DNA of 64,000 nt, from assembly GCF_023055435.1 (NCBI RefSeq), contig NW_025964388.1, positions 868,001 through 932,000 of the forward strand, written 5' to 3'. This DNA is from Haliotis rufescens. Its lineage: Eukaryota. The position numbers and the translations under genes were made by a program. Within the stretch, counting starts at the first letter, position 1; each line of letters opens with the position of its first letter. The notes under the pieces are model-generated. The model saw nothing but the letters and a program-made list of their open reading frames with translations. It ran no database searches and was not told where the DNA came from. Below are positions 1 through 9,415 of this stretch, one piece after another.

Positions 1-69
1 ATGGGCACAGGCGTCCTATATGGGCGACGTGTGTACCATTAGGCTAGCACTGATTGAACCTCGTCTATC

Positions 70-530
70 CAATCTCATTAAAATCATATCTTAGTTCTCG
101 CTACCGCTAAACAAAGATCTGAGGACATCCCATTACGCGTCACGTTAGAAGGACCTTTCATCCGACCAATCAGAGCATCGCTTACCAGACTATGAAAGTG
201 TCAGTCGGAATGTGATGCAACCTCGAAAACTTTAACTCCGAACGATAGTTACGGGTTTAACGACTGAATCCATACAATCTAGACCATCTATCAGTCATTC
301 CAGAATATTCTTTTGTTCGGGTTTCAAATTTGTAATCGAGAATTTGTCAAAATATGTTTCGAAGCGAAGTCGCCAATTTGAAATTAGTGCCGTAAAGCAC
401 GGGGAAGCTGCCTTCTGATTGGTCATTCCATTGGTCGGTCAAAGTTCGCGCAAGTAATGGGCCGTAATGGGATGTCCTCAGATCTTTGTTTAGCGGTAGC
501 GAGAACTGAGGTCTGATTTTAATGAGATTG
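70..530. mobile_element. MITE with ~65-bp TIRs and 9-bp TSD (Mutator/MULE-like, non-autonomous)
   Basis: Left TIR CAATCTCATTAAAATCATATCTTAGTTCTCGCTACCGCTAAACAAAGATCTGAGGACATCCCATTACG; its near-perfect reverse complement ends at 530. TCGTCTATC is duplicated at 61-69 and 531-539. A collapsed copy lies at 27004-27099 and a degenerate relative at ~46648-47170. Confidence 0.85.
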
Positions 531-855
531 TCGTCTATCCTTCATCACTTGCTTCATAAAGGTATCGCATCTGAACTGAAACGGATTGAGAGAGGATTAA
601 GCTCTATAAAGTTTATTTAAGTTCCTAAATTTATAAGTCACTCTGTCTCCATTGATAGAGCGGTTTCTAAAATGCTTTTAATAATATTGATGTAAAATAG
701 TTCTCAAGACGAGCAAAAGGTCAAACAGGATCAACACAGAAGTTGCGCCTTTGAAACACAACGAATGTTGGCTGAGAATTAAAGGAATCGTGTTTCCTTC
801 GCCTAATTTGTGTCAGTGTACATTTCTTCCCTGTCGGTTACTTTGTGACGTGTTG

Positions 856-3100
856 TTATGACATGGTGCTGAGAGTGACAGCAGGACCAACATCTCTCCT
901 TCTACAACAAGGCACAAAGTCCTGACGTCTCTTCAGAAGAGAGTCGTTGAAGATGACGTACACAACAACGTTAAGCCAACTATTGGTGTAAGTCAGGAAT
1001 AGAAAAGTGTTCAGGAGGTAACCACTGTTGTCAATGACGTCATTTCCGGTATAAACATACACCCGCCATATTTGAGTCGGAAGTTGGCAGACTGTATAGA
1101 GTATAACAATTAGAAGCACCATCTTGATGACCTTGTAATTTCGTTTTCTGGCTTGTAGATTGACAAAAATTAAATTCTGCTGTTTTAGAAGCCAGAACGT
1201 CATTTTGATATATAAACAGCTAATTATAAACAGAGGAATCACAAAATGCACGAAGAAATCCAGAATTAAAACACTCAGCCTCGTGTCATTATCACTTATG
1301 CCACAAATGACAAGAAAGTCTGAAGAATTGTTTAACGTCACATTGACGTCAGTCTGGAATATGAGGTCATAGGTAAATGGTTCCCGGATGGCATAAACTG
1401 CTGCGCAGAGCCAAATGACGGTAATGACGATGTTGACGTGTTTAAACGACGGCTTGTTTGCGTACATGTGTACGATGCATCGATATCTGTCCGCTGCTAT
1501 GGCAACTACACAATACAAGTTGGACGTGAGGACGAAGTAGCGCATGAATTCCATGATCTTGCACGTTGCTGACGTGTGTTTGATGGCGCCGACCTCGTGC
1601 AGGATGTCGAGGGGGATGATGAAGACACCGACCAACACATCTGTGGAAATATGAAATATGTGTCAGGCAATATACTTTCCCTCGCGCCACAACAGATACT
1701 ATTTTAGAACGTTAGCATGTCCAGTGAGCAATATATGTTTTATGTAAACCCCGAGGACAAATGTTTTTTTCCATGATTTCAGGGGAATTGTCTTCAACCC
1801 CAGCGTTAGTGAGTGAGTGTGTTGGGATGCAACACCGTTTTGAACAGGATTTCAGTAACAGGTGTCTTTGGCCACACTTAAGGAAAGCACGAGTTTGTTT
1901 GTTTGTTTGTTTGTTTGTTTGACGCTGCACTCAGTGATATTCCAGCAATATGTCCGCGGTCTCTAAATAATCGAGTCTTGACCAGACAAACCAGTGATTG
2001 ACAACATGAGCATCGATCCATGCAATTGGAATACGATGACCTGCATCAACCAAGTCAGCGAGCCTGACCACCCGATCCCGTGAGTCGCCTCTTACGACAA
2101 GCATAGTCACCTTTTACGGCAAGCATGGGTTGTTGAAGACCTATTCTACCCCGGATCTTTATGGGTCTCAAGCATGAGTAATCCTATAGTGATGACCAGG
2201 GGTCCTGTTCCGGGCGAACCTCGGAAGCAAGGCTGAACAGAAAATTGCGAAACCTTTGACCAGTATCCAGTAGCCCTGATATGTTCTTTTTTTCTATAAA
2301 TGTTGAAACTATAAAACAGTAAAAAAGCTCAATGTCTTAGGTATGGAATAGCGTCAAGATGGTGGAGTCAACTGGATTAGGTAACTTGACATTGGTTCTC
2401 CAAAAATCCATTTTGTGACCAAAGTTACTTTGACAATATCTTGTTATTTTTCACACATGCCTCCGCTACTAAAATAGGTATTACACGGCTGCCTATTATA
2501 CATAGTCACAGACAGACAACCATGGAGTGGCCACTCGTTCCCTCCCTCACCCTCACTCACTCGCTCACTCGCTTGCTCGCTCACTCACTCACTCACTCAC
2601 TCACCCGCTCGACCCGTGAAGATCCGGGGTAGAACAGATCTTTAGCAACCCATGCTTGACGTAAAAGGTGACAATGCTTGTCGTAAGATGGGACTTGCGG
2701 GATCGGGTGGTCAGGCTCAATGACTTGGTTGATGCAGGTCATCGTATCCCAATTTCGTGGATCGATGCATGTGAAATTAATCACTGGATTGTCTGGTCCA
2801 GACTCGATTATTTACAGACCGCCGTGATACAGCTGGGATATTGCTGAGTGCGGCGTTAAACATCACTGACTCACTGACTCACTCACTGACTGACTCACTC
2901 ACTCACTCACCTGTTATGGCCAGAAATGCTATATAGGAGTTCCTAGGTGTTCTGACTTCCTTCTTTGTGGCGAACAGGGTCAGCACGAGACCGTTGCCCA
3001 GGACGATGAGCAAGGTGAAGGCCACACTGATGACGACAATGACGGGCTTGTTAGTGTCTTTGTGGAAACTGATGAACTCGGCCCCAGAAGTGTCCTCCAT
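856..3100 (-). CDS. Rhodopsin-family (class A) GPCR, neuropeptide-receptor-like orphan, 324 aa, 2 coding exons
   Basis: Exons 3100-2911 and 1640-856, joined by a phase-1 GT-AG intron (ACAG|GTGAGT ... ttccacag|ATGTG). The join rebuilds TM2 AFLAITDVLVG. Other motifs: TM1 LGNGLV, TM3 ADRY, TM4 W, TM5 FVIPL, TM6 CQLP, TM7 NSWLNVVVY. 975 nt including stop. A possible non-coding upstream exon ends at 5263 (CAG|GTATGT), with an acceptor near 3167. Confidence 0.9.
2611..2910 (+). mobile_element. SINE family B (Nin/Deu-domain-like core, no tRNA head)
   Basis: Starts GACCCGTGAAGATCCGGGGTAGAA. Family core is CCCATGCTTG..GTAAGAGGCGACTAA; 3' end GCTGGAATATTGCTGAGTGCGGCGTTAAAC plus a microsatellite tail. 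Other copies (approx.): 1893-2167(-), 3887-4146(+, 13-bp TSD ACTTACGGAAATG), 23396-23610(+), 25766-26031(-), 40824-40995(+), 50151-50350(-), 54529-54700(+), 56688-56978(-), 58647-58890(+), 60317-60467(+). Confidence 0.8.
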
Positions 3101-4729
3101 CGAGCACTTCCACGCATGCCACTGTTGAGGTCAAACAAGGTCAACACCCAGGCTATTGTTCATGGACTGAAAACTATATGATGATGGAAGAATGAGGTGA
3201 GGTGAGGTGAAATGGGGTTTAACGTCGCGTCCAAGATTATTGCACTTATATAGCGACGTGCATGTACGTGTTTGTGTTTGTGTGGCTGCTTGTACTAGTC
3301 CGGACTGATGCCTATTTATAGCGCTTGCTCACTGAGATACCATACCGCAGTTTAACATGAATACCCCACTCAGACACAGTATACTGACTCCGAGCCGACC
3401 AGTCCTTGTTTTAGCCCCTTTATGCCGAGCGCCTGACAGGGTAACAACCAGTAGCATCTTTTAACATCTTTTGGTATGACGCGGACCTTCCGCTCTCCGG
3501 GCGGACGTTCTACCACTAGACCACGGAGGCGGTTTGATGGAAGAATGGTTTGTGAGTATTGTTTTAAGACACTATTAACATAGTTCCAATAACAACAAAG
3601 CCCAAACATTGTTCCAGCCAGTTCATGGCGGGGACACCAGGTGTATGCTGTATATACTGCTACCACATGTCTATATATTGTCGGAGACAGCCACAGCCTC
3701 AAGACGCACCAGTCTAAATCTCTAAATGAGGAGTAACGGTGGGGTAGACTAGTCATTAAAGCGTTTGCCGGTGACGCCGAAGACCTGGTTCGATTCCCCA
3801 CATGGATACAATGTGTGAAGCACATTGCTGGTGTTCCGTGTCGTGATATTGCTGGAATATTGCTATCATACTTACTTACGGAAATGGCCCGTGAAGATCC
3901 GGGGTAGAATAGGTCTTCAGCAACCCATGCTTGTCGTAAAAGTCGATTATGCTTGTCGCAAGAGGCGACTAACCGGATCGGGTGGTCGGGCTTGCTGACT
4001 TGGTTGATGCATGTCATCGTGTCCCAAATGCGTGGATCGATGCTCATGTCAATTACTGGATTGTCTGGTCCAGACTCGATTATTTACAGACCACCGTCAT
4101 ACAGCTGGAATATTGCTGAGTGCGGCGTTAAACAACAAATAAACCAACTTACGGAAATGACTTTTGCACAGCAGCAGTATGCTCCCAACACATCTTAGGA
4201 CCAGCACATTTTTGGAGCATAAAATCTGAGGCGATCTTAAAATGCGGTAAAATCTTATTTTTCTCTCTGTATTTTCGGAAGCGAATTAATTTTCACTGAT
4301 GAGATGTATCGACGTGTGATCATACCATGAACCTCCTTTCCCTAAAGGGGCGGTCGGGTAGCCTAGTGGTTAAAGCGCTCGCTCGTCACGCCGGAGACCC
4401 GGGTTCGATTCCCCACAAGGGTACAATGTGTGAAGCCCATTTCTGGTGTCCCCTGCCGTGATATTGCTGGAATATTGCTAAAAGCGGCGTAAAATCATAC
4501 TCACTCACTCATCCTTCCCCAAACAGATGTGTCCGATTGCTTGAGAGACATTTCTTAGAATTTGACGGATGACAAAGTAGACAAAAAGTCACGGATGACA
4601 ACTTTTTCTTATACTGTAATATAGCGGCGTTTCGGAAAGATCCTTATACCATTGTCAAGCAAGGCTGAATAATGAACATGGTACAGAATATGTATGGTGG
4701 CTGATGGATTAACAGTAACAACTATTATA

Positions 4730-5071
4730 GACAGACAGACAGACAAATTTATTCGGGACTTCAGGCCACCGGCCCATAATACAATGGAAATATACTGTAT
4801 ATATATTTGCTTGCTGAGTAGATTTAATAATGATTTACCGTTCAACACTGTGTTTCCGTTCGAATGTTCATGACTTGGAAGATAAATCTACCTAAGCTTT
4901 TAATAATTTGTTCGTTTTCAGCTGACATAAGTCTTATAAAATTCTCAATAGAGGGAGGGGTAACGAGACGCTTGGGAAAAGAGTTTCTTCTTGCTCTAGA
5001 ATACTGGTCACAAATCATAAGAACATGGAATTCATCTTCAACCTGGTTATGTCCCTTCGAAAAACGGCAAC
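4730..5071 (-). mobile_element. 5'-truncated LINE 3' end (RTE-X-like C-terminal Cys/His region)
   Basis: Minus-strand ORF C..VEDEFHVLMICDQY..R matches a LINE ORF2 C-terminus, followed by AATAAA and a (TGTC)n tail. 12-bp TSD ACAACT(A/G)TTATA at 4718-4729 and 5072-5083. It sits between decayed inverted repeats (~4536-4625 and ~5080-5166). Confidence 0.7.
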
Positions 5072-7168
5072 ACAACTGTTATATTACAGTATGATAAAGA
5101 AGTTATCCCTAATTTGTTTGTCCATTTTGTCATCGTCAATTTCTGAGAAATGCCTATCAAACAATTTATACACTCCTAGATATATTCAACAACTTCGTGT
5201 ATTCATTACATGATAACTACCCTCCGGCTTTCCGACAAGCGTTAACTGTCGAACGTACATACCTGAAGTAAAGATGTGTATAGTATCCAGAAGGACGACC
5301 CCGAGAGACAGATGTCACTTTGTTCAGAGCCTGTGTGTCACCTGGACATTACTATCGCTGGTAATCACCCCGTCAGCCTCCTTGTGGATGCACGGCCGCC
5401 GTCAGTACGCCACCACCCAGTGGAGGTTAAACTGACACTTTAACCCTTCGTGAATCAATGATTATAAGGTGAGGTGAGTGAAATGGGGTTTAACGTCGCG
5501 TCAAGCATTATTGCACTTAAAGAGCGACGTGCGTGCACGTGTGTGTGCGTGCGTGTGTGGCTGCTTGTACTGGTCCGGTTTAATGCCGATTTTATAGTGC
5601 TAGCTCAGGGAGATAACATGCCGCATTTTAACATGAATACCCCACTCAGACACAGTATACTGACTCCGAGCCGACCAGTCCTTGTTTAAGCCCCTCAATG
5701 CCGAGCGCGAGGCAGGGTAACAACAAGTGCCATCTTTTAACGTCCTTTGGTATGACGCGGCTGGGGATCGAACCCAAGACCTTCCGCTCTCCGGGCGAAC
5801 GCTCTACCACTAGACCACGGAGGCGGTCCATTTATTATTAAACACGTGCATACAATCAGGACCTTTTTTATTACCTGGGTAATTGTTTCTTCTTTCCCAA
5901 AACGTTAAAATAATGTATATATTACATAAAAATCAGAAGGAAAAATCCCAAAATATGTTAAAATTTAATAAAGTTAGTTAAAACGTTTGATTAATTGTTA
6001 AAATAGGACAATAGCCATCTAAGGTTGATGCACTGGGCTCATCAGAATATCATGAAAGTAATCTTAAATTGGCTCTATATTCAGTATAGTGAAGGAATGG
6101 GTGCCACCGTTAATCGGTGGGTGAGTGAGTGAGTGAGTGAGTGAGTGAGTGAGTATTTTGACGCCGCTCTTAGGTGGACGTGTTGACCTAGTGGTTCGCT
6201 CGTCACGTCGAAAGCCCGGGTTCGATTCCCAACAAGCACACAATGTGTGAAGCCATTTCGGTTGTTCTCCCGCAACAAGGCGTCGGCAACCTTGGTATTA
6301 AACTCGGGAATTCCTCTTGACGAACCAACGCTGTATCCATTGGGCTACCCCACCGCCCCAGACATTGCAAGTAGCCAATTAAAAAGTAAATAACACAGAA
6401 GCGCATGCACATTTTTTAAAAAGCAACTTTAGAAGCGGTTTGAGATGAGAAACAGGTACTGTTATTCATGAGGTCTTATTACCGAGAATACATTTGAAGA
6501 GTTCTTTTCTAGTGGGTCCAGATGTGGTTGCCTGTCGCGATTGTGTATCCCATCAAGTGTTAACTTTGTCTAGCTTAACGTGACAGGAATTATATTGATC
6601 TGCCAGACGACCATATCGGGCGCGTCCCTTTCCCGACAAAACACTGTCCTGCGTCACATCACAGAGGGTTATACAAAGTAAATATACCTTTTTACGTGGT
6701 CATTTTTAAGCCTAGATGGATCTGAAATGGATAATGCGAAGCTATTTTATTTATAAAATGTTTATTGATTTTCAGCAAAACTATAGGGTTTGGCCAGTAG
6801 GCAAAGCAACGGTACCTCGCTGTACAGAGTTGCGTCCCTTAGATGACACGATTCGCTGGTCGTGGTTCGAATTCAATTCATCCCGATTATGATATTTTCT
6901 CTGTCAGTGTTCGTGGTAAACGTCTGAATCCTGGGGGCTTCACACACAAAGCTTTAAGCGAATCTGTGCAAAACGGCTTAATCTCACTGTAGATCTATGT
7001 CGTAAACGAAACGATCGCTATAAAGCTACCACACGTTGTGACAGTGACATTCAACGGAGGTAAAGTTGTGACTAAGGATGATCCAACGTTTCCTTGTGCA
7101 CTGGGGCTCCACGTATAACATTAGCCAAATCTTAGAATATTTTGTTGCACCGCCACGCCACAAAACGA

Positions 7169-7356
7169 ATGACGTCATAAGACATATGACGTCATAGTAC
7201 ACAATCCAAGACGGGAATTGTGGGAGTTGGTTGCCGTGAAACTGGTCAGTCTTGGAGGTCATTCAAGTGGACACACGTCTATCTGTGGAGAGCTCACGGT
7301 CCCATCTTAAATTTACTGCAATTGATAAATTCCCTTCGCTCCATCAGCTGAACAAG
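7169..7356 (+). promoter_or_regulatory. Putative promoter and non-coding exon 1 of the array gene (two palindromic CREs plus an RFX X-box-like site); repeated in each unit
   Basis: ATGACGTCAT at 7169-7178 and 7186-7195 (also 11396/11413, 15326/15343, 19518/19535). GTTGCC(G/A)TGAAAC at 7230-7242. Donor AAG|GTAAGC at 7356, 11583, 15513 and 19705. A third TGACGTCA lies in intron 1 (7635-7642). Confidence 0.6.
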
Positions 7357-8247
7357 GTAAGCAGAGTCTTACTGTTAGAATGTGGGCATAATTATCACGA
7401 AAGGAATATTTTTTTTTTAATATAAAAGCCTTCGGAAATCTTAACAAAATGTTTCCTCGTGATTAATTACACTTCAATCGAAAATTAAACCTGTAAATAG
7501 TTGAACAGTAAATTATTATGCGAGAAAGAAACATGTGTCGTGCATTGGGTATTTCTTATTCAGCCCAATAACAGTTTTAAAACGACTTTCCGTGTGAGTT
7601 TGACAGAAGTAATTGTCTTAGCGTCACAATAGTATGACGTCACAGTATCACGTGTCATGAGCTGCTATCAGGCCTGCATGAACCCGATGACATTTCTATC
7701 ACCCATTAGTTTTATGGATACCTTTATTTGTGTTTTGTGTGAATGATTAATAATGGATTTTAAAACTTGTTTGGTATCTTATAAGCCAAGCAGGACATCC
7801 TTTTTCATAAAATATTCCCCCTATTCTCCCAATCGCCAGTCCAGGGCTCAGTTAATGTAAATTAATTAAATAATGGTGCCACACATTCTATTTATTATTG
7901 TAAGATATCACAAAATGTAGGATTGATGTCGGGATATCGATTATAAGGTATCATTAACAAATTATTAATATCACTTAATAGAATGAGTGATGAAGAAAAA
8001 AACATTTCGATACATTTATCAATATTTTTTTTATCGATATCTAAAAATCGAATTTGTGATATCAATAATCAATTTATTATATCATAAAATCGAATATGTG
8101 AAATCCATAAATACATTATTTATATAGTTGAAACAGAGAATAAACAGTAAACCGTTTCCTGGTACATTAATGCATATCATATGACATTATTATAAACATG
8201 TCCGGCCCGTGCATGTCATCAATGTGTATATTCTCCTTAATTACAGC

Positions 8248-9415
8248 ATGGCGGACATATTGACAATGATTGACATCGTCTACCCAAAGCTCCGTATGTT
8301 CACGGACGGAGCAAGAACAGCCGCACTCATCATGTACAGATTGAAATATGGCAAGAAACAGCCACAACACGACTATATGGTGGATCCAGAGGAAGATAAC
8401 TCTCACTGGGGTCCAGGGGGAGATGACTCTTGGCAAACTTGGGGACCAGGGGAAGATAACCTTCACTGGGGACAATGGGAAGACATTTTGGAAGACGAGA
8501 GGGACACAAGGTTCGATAACTCGTACACCTCCAAGCCACAGTCGAACTGGTATTCTAACTTGGATGCGGAATCTGAGACAAACGTGAAGATTCCAGATGA
8601 CGCAATCATTCCCATCGGATATGAAGGTGAGCTCTCTTAATGACTTGTTTCATATATGACTGGTAAACAATATAAATAAACAGTACCTTGTTAAAATATA
8701 TACATAATTAATTTGGCACGACGTTTTAAAGTAATGATGGCAGGAAAGTAATTTGATGCGCCAACGTTGTGAAGCAGATCCTGATTTTGAACACCTCTGT
8801 TGAGTATTTAATATATTTTTGTTTAAACATTTTGTTCGCTGACGTAAAACGCTTACACCCACCCACCTACCCGTGTTTTAGTATGTGACAGGAAACAAAT
8901 GCACACTTCTTCCTGGCTTATGTTTCCGTGGAACCAGCATCAGTGATCTAACATAGAATCACCGAGGTTCATTTGTTCACATGTTGTTCCAGTAATGGCG
9001 GGTGATGTGAGAACCGCCAGGAGAAAATCAGGGAAGAAATCTCTTCGATCACGAATCGTATCGGTAAGTCATACTTACTCTGAGCGTACACCATTAACGA
9101 ATATATGGTACAGGAGAGCGCGAATAACGTCACTCCCATGTTGTAGTTACTTTCTAAGTACTGCTCCTGTTGCTTGAGAATCAGAATTGTCGGTTTAGGA
9201 TTTCGTGGAGTTGCTTTAGGCTATGGTTGTGTTAACTTTTCAATGCAGCATTAAGGTTATAAAGCATTGGAACAATAACGAACAAGTATGTCGTCAGTGT
9301 GTGTAACATGCCCGTGTCACTCTCTGTGAACATTGTATAATATGTGTGTCATACTTTATATTTCCAGGTGATGCGGCGGCTGTCATTCTGTATACCAAGA
9401 AAAACAACTCTATAA
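8248..9415 (+). CDS. Unrecognised 165-aa protein, array copy 1 (acidic WG-repeat middle, basic C-terminus)
   Basis: Coding exons 8248-8626 (ttacag|cATG ... GAA G|gtgagc), 8993-9063 (ttccag|TA ATG ... TCG|gtaagt) and 9368-9415 (tttccag|GTG ... CTA TAA). Phases match. AATAAA at 9670-9675. Protein: MADILTMIDIVYPKLRMFTDGARTAALIMYRLKYGKKQPQHDYMVDPEEDNSHWGPGGDDSWQTWGPGEDNLHWGQWEDILEDERDTRFDNSYTSKPQSNWYSNLDAESETNVKIPDDAIIPIGYEVMAGDVRTARRKSGKKSLRSRIVSVMRRLSFCIPRKTTL. Confidence 0.75.

Noticed and set aside
3370-4047. 225-aa minus-strand ORF
   Set aside because: It runs across three different SINEs; no coding signature.
4347-4420. tRNA genes at A/B-box sequences
   Set aside because: Each is followed by a SINE body, tail and often a TSD, or lies in TRIM LTRs; no convincing stand-alone cloverleaf with a terminator.
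8194-8218. p53 response element in intron 1 of the array gene
   Set aside because: One good half-site (AAACATGTCC), but the second is poor and spaced; likely chance.
8380-8490. Origin of the WG-coding repeat from the 53-bp caspase-intron minisatellite (reverse strand)
   Set aside because: Only a short CAGGG..AGA..CA..TGGGG resemblance; too weak to support.
8209-8640. The 143-145-aa single-exon ORFs taken as complete proteins
   Set aside because: They begin at non-ATG codons in intronic sequence and read through a strong donor (GAAG|GTGAGC). The spliced 165-aa model fits better.
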